Origin: Eledone cirrhosa | Lineage: Eukaryota | Direction: 5' to 3' | Length of the DNA: 64,000 nucleotides | Assembly: GCA_964016885.1 (NCBI GenBank) | Contig: OZ024740.1 | Coordinates: forward strand, 259,780,001-259,844,000 | Part shown: piece by piece, positions 1 through 16,109 of the stretch | Numbering within the stretch: position 1 is the stretch's first letter | Layout: each line of letters starts with the position of its first letter | The notes under the pieces: model-generated | Databases searched by the model: none | What the model was told of the DNA's origin: nothing | Seen by the model: the letters and a program-made list of their open reading frames with translations, nothing else | Made by a program: the position numbers and the translations under genes

Positions 1-432
1 CTTGCCAAATGAGATACTTTATTAAACATTTCTTCAGCAGAGCTAAAAATAAAGTTATTGTTATTGTTGTGATAGTGAGAACAAAATATATTTTGCTGAG
101 ACTGATTAAATTGTAGACATATTTTAAGATTTCTTGAACTATGTCTATGAAACTACAACAAACAAAACATTTACATCTGTGTGTATGTATGTGCTTGTAT
201 GTATGTATATGTGCGTGTGTGTGTGTATATATATATATATATATGTGAGAGTCCTGGGTTCTTCTGAATGAAACAGGTCTAGTCCTGTAGAAGAGATTTT
301 CATATTAAACTTTATATATATATAAAATTTCAGGTTATCAATAATGTAGTGATAATATATCGTTACGTTAGAGATGAACAGCGTACGTGTAGGTTTGCTC
401 AACGAGTATAAATTATATTCCGGAGAAAATGT

Positions 433-1998
<1,566 letters not shown>

Positions 1999-2256
1999 TA
2001 TATATATATATATTTCCAAACACAGGATTGAGAGAATTCTTCATTTATGTGAAGGGCACAACAACCTCCCTAGTCCTGGTGCCATAATAAAATGCACCCA
2101 GGACAATCTGTAAAGTGAAGGAACACACTTAAGCCAGATGCAGCCCTTGGCTTGTCTGTGATTCCCGTCTAACTTATGTTAGCATGAAAAGGCAGACGTC
2201 AAAGGACGATGGTGAAGGTGTTTGTGTATGTGCATCAACTCGAAGTTGATAATATA

Positions 2257-2289
<33 letters not shown>

Positions 2290-2448
2290 GAAGTATGTAT
2301 ATGTATGATATGTGTATCTATATTACATATATATGGTATATGTATATGCACGCAAATATATATATATGCGTATATCATTATCATGATATGTGCATGTATG
2401 TGTGTGTGTATATATATATGTATATTATGCTGGTACCACAAAATATCA

Positions 2449-2770
2449 AGCCCACACTGTAAAGTGATTGTGTAGGTGTTATGATAAAAAGCACCCAGCA
2501 CACACTGTGGTTGGCATTATGAAGGGCATCCAGCCATAGAAAACTAGCCCAAAGAGCACCCAACCCACACTGTAAAGTGGATGTTAAAAGAAACTGTAAA
2601 AAGCACCTAGCACACACTCTCAATGTGGTTGGCATTTGGAAGGGCATCCAGCCAGAAACACTCCTACATGAGCAAGACATGGTCACCCAACCCAACTAGC
2701 CTCTAAATGGGACAAACCCGTCTAACCCATGCTAGCATGGAAGATAGACGTTAATCAATGATGATGATAA
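2449..2770 (+). mobile_element. Old RTE/SINE 3' UTR fragment with (ATG)n tail
   Basis: Repeated cacactgtaaagtgg / ggaagggcatccagcc units, ending aacccatgctagcatggaagatagacgtta...gatgatg like the other RTE 3' ends. Confidence 0.65.
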
Positions 2771-3613
2771 TTGTAATTCCTGAAAGAAAATGTTGATGAT
2801 CACAATTTGTTAATGTAATAGAGAAACACTAATAAAAAAAAACATTCAGCAGTATGAACATAAACCTATCACATATCAAAGTTGGTTATATATAGATCAA
2901 TATAACATTATTAAGTGTCTTTTACTTAATCTACATTCTATAGACTTCAAATTGACTGCATGCCACTTAAAATGATGATCGTGCTTTTTTACTTTTGAGA
3001 GTCTTCATAACAAATACAGCAGTTTTTTTTTATATTCAAAGAGAATAAAATAAAACCAAAACATTATTTAAACCCTATGGGACATAATTGCAGTTTAAAA
3101 AAAAAGACCTGAGGGAAATTGGTACACATTGCTAGAAGCATAGCAAAAAAATTAATCAAATATCCAGTTAGTATTATGACAATGGTAACAACAGCTTAGT
3201 TTTGAATCTTGATAACCAGTCCAAGCCAGCTAGCATAGGGAATGGATATAAAATGAATGATGATGATGATAATGAGTTCAGATTTAGGCAGATGGCTAAC
3301 AGTTGTGGGAAAGGGGAAAGTCAATTAAATTGACCCAAGTGCATTATTTGTATTTTATTTTATCGACCCTGAAAGGATGTAAGGCAAAGCTAACCTTGGC
3401 AGAATTTGAAATCAGAATGTAAAGGCTGTAACTATATGCTGCAAAGAATGTTATATATGAGAGAGTGAGAGAGAGCGAGAGGTATCAATCCTAGTACTAG
3501 ACTGGTACTTTATTAACCCTGAATATCTGAAAAGCAAAGTTGACCATGGCAGGATTTGAACTCAAAGTAGCAAGAACTGATTCTCAAATGATTCTGCCAA
3601 TTCACTCCCTTAA

Positions 3614-3832
3614 CCCTTTAGCATTCGCAGTACTCTATATATACTATTATCTTTTCATGGTAAAGGCTTTACCTCGCATAATTATCTTACATAATATCGA
3701 ATCTATGAGATTTTGAAAGTATTTATTTTGAGAACAATACCTTAACATCAGTTTGAGTGACCAGTTACAGCCAGTTTCAACAGAAAAGGTAGAGAATTCT
3801 GGCCGTTTTTGGCCGGTTTGAACATTAAAGGG
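3614..3832. mobile_element. piggyBac-type MITE (TTAA target site duplication)
   Basis: TTAA|CCCTTTAGCATTC ... GAACATTAAAGGG|TTAA, 219 bp, non-coding. Confidence 0.65.
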
Positions 3833-3863
3833 TTAAGGATGATGATGATTATAGTCATGATTT

Positions 3864-6315
3864 TTCTTCTTCTTGTATGACATATGCACAGTAGCTAGAG
3901 AGGCAGGCCAAGACAGGCAATCCAGACTAAGGCGTCCTTTACAGCGTTATGGATGGCTGCCGGGAAAACATTCATCTGAGGGGGGAAGGGTAATCCTGAA
4001 CAACATTCTGGTCAGGGTCCCCATAGTCACATCAGGGCTATCTTATTTTCCATCGATAGAGATCATGGGCTGCTCTCGCATGTGTTGTGCAGATCTAATT
4101 AAGAGGATACTCATTGCTTTCTGGGAAGGTTACAGCCAGCTGGTTTAGATGTGGGGTCCAGGACGAGGTCCTGGTTGTCAAATTTGGATCCATGACCTTC
4201 GCCACTCTTCCTTCAGATCAAAGTTATGAAGGGTCTTCATTGATTACCAGAATGGTTTGCGTGATTTCAAGCGCATGTTGAGAAGGTTTTCCAGGTCTTC
4301 ATAGATGGGTTGGTAAGAAGTGCTGTTTTGCGGATCATCTCTTGACACCGCATATGAGAAAGGGTAGGCAGCCACTGTGTAGGTGTAGATTTCTGTGTGT
4401 CAGATACTATTTTCATTGCTGAGTAAAGGATAGTGCCACCATGCTTGGCATGGCAGCTCCCTGTCCAGACCAGTAAACAGATCTCTGCAATTGAGTATGC
4501 AAGTGGTAATCATGCAGTTTGGAATGTGTGTGCATCAGACCCCCAGCTGTTTCCTTGCCGACTTGTGGAAAATATTAATCTTGGTCTTGAGCTCTCTGAC
4601 AACCCTCTTTAGATGCTCAGTAGGTCAGGCTGTGATCCAATGTTACACCAAGATATTTGGGGTGTGGTTTATTCTTGACAGATATACCACAGAAAGAGAC
4701 CTTCAGTTCCATCCTAGCTTGTCTGGTGCTGAGATGGAAGGCTGTCACAGTGGTTGTGCTTGGGTTGGTCCGAAGGTGCCAGTGGTAGTAATAGTCCTCC
4801 ACCCCTTCAAATCTTCTGTGAATGTAAAGTTGAGTTTATCAAAGTCAGTAGATTGGGTAGCCAAGGCAAAGTCATCTGAATATGCAAATTTTGTCGAAGA
4901 TGTTCTGGACATATCATTCACGTAGATGTTAAAGAGCATTGGTGCCAGGATGGAACTTTGGGGAAAGCCATCATTCAGGGTTCTGGTTGAACCTGTTTGA
5001 CCTCATAGTGACACACTGAATCTTCTGTTACTGAGTATAGAGGCAAGGATGTTCACAGTTGCCTGGGACTTGATGATACGACAGGCCTTCAGAAAGGGGC
5101 AGCGTCTCCATACAGTATGTTATGCAAAAAAGAGGTTGACCAGAGTAGCCCCTGTCTTGAGACGGTATTGCTAGCCAGTCTCAATGAAAGTAGTGAATGC
5201 GAGAACTTGATCAGTACAACTCCTTTGTGGTCTGAAGCTTGCCTTGCTTGTTCCTTAGGCAGGGCTGGTTCTACTAAAGGGCCAAGCTTAACCAAGAGGA
5301 GCTGTTCAAATACTTGTAAGAGGTACAGAGGATAGAGATTGGCCAGAAATTTGCATTATTGTCTGCAGGTTTCCTGAGTTTCAGAATGGTGATGACTTTG
5401 GCTTCTCTCCAGATCTTTAGGATAACTCCAGTTGAGTGGATGATAGTGAAGAGAGAAGCCAGCCAGTGTCAGGCATTTGGACTGGGGTTCTTAAGGAATT
5501 CAGGATAGATGCTGTCAATTTCTGCTGCCTTACCTGCTTTGGTGGATGAAAGGCCAGTATCTATTTCACTTATGATGCAAGGTCTAGTAAATGGGGTACG
5601 CGTTAGTGAGGATGAGTAGGCTACTGAGAAATTATTACGGATATCTTGGCATGCCTCCTTGGGTGAAGGTACCTTGGAGTTGAGAAGTAGGCCTGATGCA
5701 ACTGCATTAGTAGTTACTTTTGATGACTGGTACTGAACGGGAAATGCTATACCAAGTCGCCTAAAGAGATTCCATGCTTTCCTACTAGAGTGAGTGAAAT
5801 CCCACTCTTCCCACTGTTTCCTGTCCGCATATCTGTCTAGCTGAATCAAGAGAGTCTAAGAGTTCTGTAGCAATACCAGGATCACCTGAGGCCTCATAGC
5901 TCTTGAGAAGCTCAAACAACTCTAGGAGCCATTATGGAGTGTAAAATTGACAGAAATCTCGCGGGATGTGTTTCTTGGCAACGTCCTACAGAATCTTACA
6001 AAATGAAGTATAATTCTTAGGAATAGGTTCCAAGTTGATGATTTGTTCTTGAGCAAAAGGATTCCCAATCAGCCTTCCTGAAGTTCCACCATGGCAGTGG
6101 CTTGGATTATATAACAGGAATCTCTATGCTGATGATGTGTATCACAGCTGGACAGTGTTGGCTGTGGGGAAAGTGAGGGAGTATCTTGCGAGAAGCCTGA
6201 ACAGGATGTCCATTGATTGATTTAGAGAGGTAGCAGAGGTCTGGGTCATAATCCTTCTTCCACCGACTAGAATGGAACATGCCAGGTTGTTTGGCATCAT
6301 GGAGAAGATATATGC
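3864..6315 (-). mobile_element. Decayed non-LTR retrotransposon, Vingi/Ingi-like (APE remnant, RT, C-terminal CCHC)
   Basis: Frameshifted motifs HDAKQPGMFHSSRW..DPDL, FPHSQHCP, DFTHSSRKAW, GKAAEIDSIYPEFLK, LAPMLFNIYVNDM, FAYSDDFALA, PKYLGVTLD; (AAG)n tail at ~3865. Clade assigned from motif recognition only. Confidence 0.8.
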
Positions 6316-7147
6316 ATATTACTCAATAATTATGATGATGATGATGATGGCAGTGATGAGTGACAATGGTGATGATGACTTATTATAATGATAATGATAA
6401 GAATGATGATGCTGATGGCAATGATGAGGATGATGATGATAGTTATGATAATGATGATGACAATGATAACATTGAAAAGCAATGATGATCATAATGATAA
6501 CAGTGACGACACTGATAATAGTTGATGACGAAAATGGCAGTGATAATGAAAGCAATAAAGAGATAAAATGTTCACATGCGACAATTAAAAGTTGCCAGAA
6601 ACGAAAGATTATGGAATCACAAGAGATTATCAAAGAAATAACAAAATACAATTCAACAATAAATTATATAATATAATAACAAATAAATTAGAAATAAAAG
6701 CTAATTTTATTTTCTAATTAGTGACTGACAACAAGATAAATTAATAATTTAGTTGACAGGAAATAAATTCCAGCAAAAACAGGAGTCGAAAATAATTGAA
6801 ATTAGCCTGTTTTACCATTCAATACAAAAAGAAAACCAACAAATATATTAGCAGAGTTGTTAGAGTGTCAGATTGAATGTCTCTGTATTTGGTCCAGCCC
6901 TCTGCTCTGAGTTCAAATCGTACTGAGGTTATCTTTGCCTTTCATCAATTTGTGAGTTCCTTTTCAGGTTGTAAGTTGAAATCCCAGACTTGGTGATGTG
7001 TTGTGTTCTTCAGGAAGACACTTTATTTCACTTAGCTGTAGAAATAAGTTGTGATACCACTGGTGCCAAGCTGTATTGGTCATTGCCTTTACCTTGGACA
7101 TTATACATTATGTAAAGTGTATATACAGTGTATATACAGTGTATATA

Positions 7148-8416
7148 CAAGGAGGTGCGAAAAAGTTCCTAGCTTTAAGGGTGTCATGAAAGGGTAGAGC
7201 AGTTACCTTTACAGGGTAGGAAGGACAACTATTTAGGAGATATGCAAAAAAAATCGATGCTATACAATATATATTCCTCATTTTTGCAGATTTAACACAT
7301 GATGGCAACTCCTACAGTGGAGTTTGGTAAAATTGAAGCATGGGCAGTCATGAAGTTCCCCTTCTTGCAAGGCAAAGGAGAGGCAGAAATCCATGTTGAG
7401 ATTAAGGAAATCTTGAGGGTGGCTGTCCATCTTACTCCATAGTGAAAATTTGAGTGTCAAGGTTTTGAACTGGTCATTTCGAGATCACAGATGAATTCAA
7501 CAAGGACGGTCAAGTTCCGCAACCAAAGACGACAAAGCTGACGCTGCACACGTCATCATTTTTGAGGACCACCGGATTTCAGCTAAAGTCATGGCTGAGA
7601 CACTGGGGATTTCCCACAAAAGAGTTAGCGACATCATCCACAATATTCTGGATATGAGAAAGCTTTCCACTAAATGGGTGCTGAAATGCCTGAATGCAAA
7701 TCAGAAGCACATCAGAGTGACAACATCAAAGGTAACTTTGGACCAGTTTGCAGCAGGTGAGGCTGATTTTATGGCTCATTTAGTCACCATGGATGAAACT
7801 TGGTTTCATCAATATAATCCCCAAACAGCAATCAATGGAGTGGCACCACAGCAGTTCACTGTGTCCCAAGAAGTTTCAGACCTAGAAGTCAGCAGGAAAG
7901 ATTCTGGCTTCAGTGTTCTAGGACAAAGATGGAGTACTCCTCATAAAATACTTGCCAAAGGATCGCACCATCAACACAGAATAGTACCTGTCCGTTGGAT
8001 GAACTGCATGAAGCTTTGAAGCAGAAACACTGTGAAAATCTGAACCGTGGTGTCCTGTTTTCGCAGGACAATGCACCAGCACTCACAGCACATGAAACTC
8101 TACGGAAAATAGACGACTTTGGCTTAGACCACCCACCTTACTCTGACTGGGCCCCCTCCAAATATCACCTTTTTCCACAATTGAAGAAACATCTCAAGGG
8201 AACGAAATTTTCCTCCGATTCAGAAGTAATCGCTGCTACAAAGGCCTGGTTGGAGGCCCAACCTTCCAAGTTCTTTTTACAGGGCTTAGTAAAAATGAAA
8301 GACAGCTGCAATAAGTGTGTGAATCTGAGAAGGGAATATGTTGAATAAAATTATAATTAACTGATCCTCCTGTATTTTCTTTTACCTAAAGCCAGGAACT
8401 TTGCAGCATCCCCTCA
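7148..8416 (+). mobile_element. Full-length decayed mariner (Tc1/mariner, DD34D-type) with frameshifted transposase (~7302-8348)
   Basis: TA target site duplication; ~30 bp imperfect TIRs (caaggaggtgcgaaaaagttcctagcttta / taaagccaggaactttgcagcatcccctca); motifs WVLKCL (WVPxxL), VTMDETW, QDNAPA, HPPYSDWAPSKYHLF (YSPDLAPSDY); ~1.27 kb. Confidence 0.93.
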
Positions 8417-8789
8417 TATATGTTGTCACATCACTGGTGCCAAGCTTGCCTTTCTCTTGGACACCATCGGTGGTGTGGAGACTGGCATGCATAGGCAACT
8501 GCTGGTCTTTCTAGGTGCAAAACCCATGGTCATTCATGACCGAAGGGGGTCTCTACCATACCTACCCAAATAAGTTACCAATCCAGAGGTGGCTGGTTGG
8601 CAAAATTGTTAGAGCCAGACAAGATGCTTTGCAATATCTCATCTGGCTCTGTATGTTCTGAGTTCAAATCCTGCCTTTTCTCTCTGAGAAAGTGGTGATG
8701 TTAACTCTTCCCCAACAGTCTGGCCTTTTATAGAAAGTAATTTGCCTAGACACGTTATAAGATAGCATTTAAATTATCATCATGATTTG

Positions 8790-9050
8790 ACAAAAACAAA
8801 ATAACAAAAGTAGTCACTAAGAAGGTCACAGAATGTGTGATGAAAGAGCTTTGACAATCAACAACTAAGTAACCATCCAGTTATTAAACTAACTGACTGG
8901 GAGTTTATAATAAATTGAAATGAAATCTAACCGGTGCATGTGTTTTTACTGGCAGCATGACCCTCCCAAAGCATAATAATATCTGTTTCAACAGACCTTT
9001 TCAGATAAGAAATCTTGCAAAACAATTACAAAAACGAAATATATGTATGT
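8790..9050 (+). mobile_element. Short non-autonomous HHR-bearing PLE-type unit (family A), decayed copy
   Basis: Homologous to 12615-12922 and 38178-38330. Degenerate HHR GTCA-CTAAGAA-G-GTCACA GAATG TGTGAT-GAAAGAGCTT-TGAC at 8813-8855. Confidence 0.7.
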
Positions 9051-10749
9051 ACCAATCATCATCATAAATGTAACATAAATGGGTGAGATATGGTCCCCTA
9101 ACCCATCCAATTAAGAACTATTGACTTGCAGTAATGATCTATCCAACTCATGCCACACAGGTGAGTGAGTGTGTGAGCATGCATGCATGTTTATAGAGAC
9201 AGACAAAATATATACCAGGCTCGAAGTTACTGAGGTCAACTAAATCCCTTTGAGGCACTGCTCCAGAATAACCTGTCTAATTACTGAAACCAATAAAAGA
9301 ATAAACGAATTAAAAAAGTTACATCAATGTTTAAAAAGAGAAATGGCAGTTGGATTATCTTTTTTTATTCCCTGAGACTAGAATCACCAACAATGTTTAC
9401 CAAATGACAGGAATCAAATTCTAATATTGCCAATATTCTTTAGTTAGAGACAGAAAAAGTCCACTGATGATACTGACAGCAGAAAACAACATCTTTCAGT
9501 TTAGGAATTTTGGAAACAAACATAAAAAAACGAAAGAAAGAAATAATTTTGCAGGATTAACACCTGAAGATCCACAGAGAATGTTTTCATCCCTGTCCAA
9601 AGAAGTTGTGTTATTGGAGCCCCAGCAATTCTGGTAATGATTATTCCAATTGTTTGATCAACCAATCAGCCTGCTCATGAAATTAACGTGCAAGTGGCTG
9701 AGCATTCGATAGACATATACGCTTAACATTTTTGATACCAACCCACCCAAAACCAACTCTGGTTCTATGGAACAAAGCTGTCAATTTAAAAAGGTTTTTA
9801 TTGAAATTAAAACCTTCCTACACAATTTTATATATGAATCATTTGTATGTATGTACCTGTAACTACTGATAGAGTTGTGGGGGTTCTATAGTAACACATG
9901 TCATTTCTTGGACATTTTTTAAAACTGGTGGAGCCCATCTGTTCTCCAGGTCTGAACACCACAACTGATTTCTTCCAGAGAAAGAGAGAAAGTGATGGAG
10001 AGAAAAAGTCAAAGACATATAGAGGAAGAATCGACCAAGTATTAGTCTGGTACATTTTTTATCAACCTCAAAAGGCTGAAAGCAAAGAGTTGGAATGAAT
10101 ACCCCAAAGCATTCTAGCCGATGTTCTAATGACTGCCAATTCACTGCCTAAGAACCATTTATTACATTACAATTACAATAAATAATTAATAATTTTAGTA
10201 AATCACACCTAATACTTTGTTGATTAGGATAAATACAGTGTATTTCATTAGTAATAGTCATGAAAGGGTTCACAGAGAGATTCAGCATGTCAGGCCCTTT
10301 GAATTAGAGGAACAATTCATATTTTCCAGCAGAGTGGACATTACAGAAACAATTATCACACTACATCCACCATAAACTCATAATTTTAATACACAAACAC
10401 CTTTGCCTGCTTGATATGCTTGTAAACCTATGTTATTTTATGTGATACCTTTGCCATGCAGTAATTATATATGCCTAGTACCATTGCTTGTTTCATACCT
10501 AGCTGTCCTGTATATGCCTAACGAATTTGCACTATCTATACTGCTTTAATTATTATACTATTCTCTTGTAATCTCTGTCACATGCATTCCATTCTGTGCC
10601 TCTTTAATTATTATACAATTCTCTGGTAATCTCTGTCACATCCATTCCACTCTGTAAATACTAAACTGTTGATGACAAAATTAATAACCATGTGTCTATA
10701 TGATTGTTCAGTTGAATAGGAAGTTAATTATATGTCCAAACTTTGCTAG

Positions 10750-10796
10750 TGCTCCAAGGATTCCAAACGAAAGTTTGGAAGAAACGATTGTCAGCA
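10750..10796 (+). ncRNA. Minimal type-I hammerhead ribozyme (mutated core) in PLE 5' pLTR
   Basis: Stem I TGCT/AGCA; core CCAAGGA (consensus CTGANGA); stem II TTCCAAAC-GAAA-GTTTGGAA; GAAAC-GATT-GTC; followed by AATAAA; ~250 nt upstream of the PLE ATG. Confidence 0.75.
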
Positions 10797-11045
10797 ATAA
10801 AATGATTTGAACATATTTATATAATAAAATGATTTGAACATAGTTTTGATTATTGTGTAATTTATATTCCTGCTCTGTAAAACATCTGATGTATTTACAT
10901 TGAGCTATTTTTCTTACTGGTAATAAGGTAATAAATTACTGACCTTTCCTGTTTATAATTATATATAGTGTATACATAACTATACATATTATTATTATTA
11001 TTAACTGCTCCATACTGTTGAACTAACATACATTAAATTACCAGT

Positions 11046-12165
11046 ATGCTAATCAAAGATTATCTTCCTATATCTACTAAGAACATACCAATACCATCCA
11101 GAGATACATACGAAAAATTATTGATTAATGGTGTCAACTCTTTTATCAATAGAGTGAGATGGAGGACATTCCATTACGATAGAAACCGAGACAAAAACAG
11201 AGATACAAACAATTTTGACTTTTAAAAGCCCTCCTCACAACACCTTATTAAACTCTTTCGAAAATGATCTAATAAAACTAGTTAAGAACATAAGATACAG
11301 AAAACATCATAATAGAAACAACACCTTCTTAAACAACCTTAACTCCACTATTAAAATATTTAATAAAAAAAAAAAATTTAGTACATGCAGATAAAACTAA
11401 TATATATAGCCTAGATTAAGATACATATAGAAAATTTATATATAAAGAACCTCATAGGAGCTATAAGAAAGCCACTATTAAAAACCTAGAGGATATAAAT
11501 ATAGAAGGCCATAGTATAGTGTGTAAATTAGGACTTCAGAGACACACACAGCCATACACCCCTAACCCTCCAAGATTCTCTCTGAAGGACCACAAGGAAG
11601 ACTTTAATAGTAACCCTTCTATAAGACTAATTTGCCCTTCCAAATCTAACATTGGAATTATCAGCAAAAAAATATTAGATAGAATCATCCCACAATTTAA
11701 GCACAAAATATATCTTAACCAGTGGGGAAATACTGGTGAAGTTATTGAATGGTTTAATGATATTAAAGAGAATAAAAATAAAAAATTTATACAATTTGAT
11801 ATCAATTCATACTACACCTCTATTTCCCCTATCCTATTAAATAAGGAATTAATTATGGCCATGAACAATAGTGACCTGACTAGATCCCAAATTGATGTCA
11901 TACTTGCGGCCCGAAAAACCACAATTGCATTTGAAGATCAATTATGGACTCGCAAGGATACACATAACAACTTTGACATAACTATGGGATCTAGTGATTC
12001 GGCGCAGGTCACTGATTTGGTGGGCCTAAATCTCTTAAATGAAATTCATAAGAATCTAGCCTACCTCAATGGTGGTTTATACCGCGATGATACACTACTT
12101 TTTATTGACTATAAAAAATTTAATATAGAAAGAACTAGGAAACAATTACATAAAATGTATAAATA
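11046..12165 (+). pseudogene. Penelope-like element (Hydra-clade-like) ORF, N-terminus + RT, 3'-truncated and frameshifted
   Basis: MLIKDYLPISTKNIPIPS...FINRVRWRTFHY, ADKTN, KDHKEDF, IRLICPSKS, FDINSYYTSI, FDITMGSSDSAQVTDLVGL, GLYRDD; paralogous to 26111-28270. Confidence 0.9.
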
Positions 12166-12600
12166 TTTTGTATCTCCAAAGAAATACGGTTTTAGGAAGC
12201 CATAGCTATGCAAACACCGGGGGGCTAACACCCTCTGGTGATGTCCAGCAGAAGCAAGGGGGACAACCATATTTCTTTGGAGATACGAAATATTTATACA
12301 TATTGTATAAAGCTATGCTTGAAGCGAAATCCTATTTCTTTTCTATTATAAGTTGAGCCAACTTATGCAGCTTCATATGCAAATGAGATTAATCACCTCA
12401 TTTACACAGACGAGAAAACTATGTATTCTCGCCTGTCTTCTAGTCCAGCAGTCGCAAGCGACGATGGCCAGTTAAACCTGAAATGCATAGACGGTTGTCC
12501 CCCTTGCTTCTGCTAGACATCACCAGAGGGTGTTAGTCCCCCCGGTGTTTGCATAGCTATGGCTTCCTAAAACCGTATTTCTTTGGAGATACAAAATATA
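12155..12600. mobile_element. 306-nt hairpin-rich unit with terminal direct repeat, plus an inverted partial copy
   Basis: tatttctttggagatac occurs at 12270 and 12576. ~12163-12268 is the reverse complement of ~12493-12599. The unit ends at TA-rich sequence. Confidence 0.75.
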
Positions 12601-12614
12601 AATTATATATATAT

Positions 12615-13470
<856 letters not shown>

Positions 13471-14539
13471 ATATATATTAGCAGAGGCACCCCTCAGCTT
13501 CTAACACACTTCCTCATTTTTTTTTTAAATCTCAATAAAAATGATATCTCTCTTTCTGTCCCTCCCCCTCTCTCTCTTTTGGTGTGTATTTACTCTTATC
13601 TATTTCTCCTTCGCTAAAATTTTAACCCCCATATTCTTCCAACTCTCCTTTTCCTCTCTTCATATCTTATTTTCCTGTTGAACAAAATGGCAAAGGTATT
13701 GCTGTCGAGAATGGAAAGAGACACCTACTACAACAGCCACTTACTTAATCAGGGGGGGGGGGGGGAGTTAAAAACGACTATCACTGTTCTCATCCCATCT
13801 TTTTTTATATTCTATCCCATAAGCCATCACTGCTTAAAGATTATTATTGTTCAGGTACTCCCTACCACAATGTTGTCACATATCTGCAAAACAACAACAG
13901 AAATAACTGACCCTCTACCACTAAGCTGTTACATATCTCTGAACAACAACAGTAACAATAACAACAACAATAACTGATCATCTACCACTAAGCTGTCAGA
14001 TATCTTTATAAACAACAACAACAATAACTGATGTTCTACCACTATACCACTAAGCTGTCACATACCTCTGTGAACAATAACAATAGCAACAGCAATAACA
14101 AGAGCAACAACAATAACAAGAGCAACAACACCTAATCCTCTATCACTAAGCTTTCACATATAAACAACAACAGCAAGAACTTATTCAAATATACAACAAT
14201 TAGATACAACAATATGATGAAGTAAAGAACAAACACAAAATAAGAAAAAGTTTCAATATCAAGTTGGTAAATTCTTCTAAGAATAAACCAAAGAAAAACA
14301 ACCCTAAAGACCTCCTGTAAATTCCACATTAATCTCAGAATATTTTTTCAATACACTATTGTCATATTAAATATCGGAAATAAGATATCTAGAATTGGCC
14401 TTACATATGTAATTTAGTTTCTAAAGGTGTATGGCTTTATCATTAGCAGATGGGAGTTTGTTTCTTGGTGACACATTGTGTCCTTGAGCATATCAGCATG
14501 GAAGCTGGACATAAAATAGTATGTATGTGTGTGTATATA

Positions 14540-15500
14540 TCATCAACATCATTTAACATGCATTTTCCAAACTAGCATGGGTTAAATGAGTTGTCTTGTT
14601 GCCAGGTCAAGTGACCATGTCTTGCTCATACAGAACTGATTTTGAGTTCGTTTCTACAGCTGGATACCCTTCCTAACACCAACCACATTTACAGTGAGTA
14701 CTGAGTGCTTCTTTGTCACGACACCTACACAATCTCTTTACAGTGTGGGCTGGGCTCTTTTTGTCATGTCACCATCATGACCACTTACAGTGTGGGCTGG
14801 GGGCTTTGGAACGAAAAGTGTGTGGGGATTGGGGAGGTAGGTATACGGGCATGTGTGAGGGGTGGAGTGTTAGAACATGTGCTCATGGGAGGTGTATGGA
14901 AGGAGGGATGGAAGTAAAGGTGGTGTAAACTAAATGTATGCATCAGCTTCTGCTCATGAGAAGGCGGGTCTTCTGTATTACTGCAACCAGAGATCTCAGT
15001 CCTGTGTCATCGCCTTTAAGAGGGACAATTGTGCAAGGTTAGCTTTTATCACTTCATCCCAAGTCTTCCTACTCTATAGCTCCCATCAACTTTGAGCGCT
15101 CTGCGCAATTTTTTACAGCTGTCATCCTTCATATGCATCACATGTCCATACCAATGCAATCTCCTCTCCTGCACACTGCATCTGATCCCTCTTATGCCTA
15201 GTTTCTCTTTCAGTTTGTTTATACTTTGCAAGCTTCATTTCTTTCCAGTCTTCACAAGTCTTCTACACAGTGCAGAAGACTTTCTACTATGCAACATTTC
15301 TGTTTGTATGTACATATCATTTAATCTGCCTTTCATTTTGAGGGGAAAGACTTTTGAAGCTAGCAGTGGTAGTAGCTCTCTGAACTTCTTCCATCCTGTT
15401 CTCACTCTGGCTTCTATAGTTTCGGAACACCCACCTCCGCTGGTAATTTGGCCACCCAGGTAGCAGAAGCAGTCTACTGCTTCTACCAAACCATCCCAGA
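14540..15500 (-). mobile_element. RTE-clade LINE 3' fragment (older copy)
   Basis: FCYLG..SGGGCSE..ARVRTGWKKFRELLPLL, RRLHWYGHVM; 3' UTR and CAT-rich tail. Confidence 0.85.
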
Positions 15501-16109
15501 ATTTGGTTAGCGCTTGTCACTTATTATGACATGTAGGGATATAAATGATTGACAAGATCCCAGTCCTCATTCGATTACTGAGTGAGGTGAAACTCAAAAG
15601 AAATAATGTTTTCATTAGTCTTTCCAATTGCTGATATTTTCTACTAGTTGCAACTTTTGGCAGAAAGAGCAATGTGAAATATCTTGCTATAATGCATTGA
15701 CTGGTCTGGGAATCAAACTTGCAACTTCATGATTTTGAATCCAATTCTCTAACCGCTAATGTACCTTTTATAAACCAGATACCCTCAAAACCGTCACCAC
15801 CTCCTTTTGATTCCAAGACTGCTAGATCATGACTGATCTGGGGCTAAACAACAACAGCATCTCAATAACTAATTAAATGATGTGTTATATAATTAGCTGA
15901 ACTTACTGAAACAATGGTTTACAGCCTGATAACCTTATTGGTCATTTTAGTTACCTCTTACAATAGACAGCGTTGAAGTGTAAACTAATACACACAAAAC
16001 CACCACCACAACCACCAACAACAACATCATCATCCCCACCACCATTAACTGAACTTATTACATTTGCTCTTAACATCCTGTAAGGATTGAATAGGAAATG
16101 TCTAAAAAC

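Noticed and set aside
9857-9972. Apparent exon on - (pyrimidine tract, AG...GTACAT; KSVVVFRPGEQMGS...)
   Set aside because: A homologous sequence occurs at ~34590-34700 on +, so it is a dispersed repeat.
12375-12460. snRNA-type promoter (octamer + PSE-like TCACC)
   Set aside because: The spacing is too tight, both motifs form the arms of one hairpin, and no known snRNA follows.
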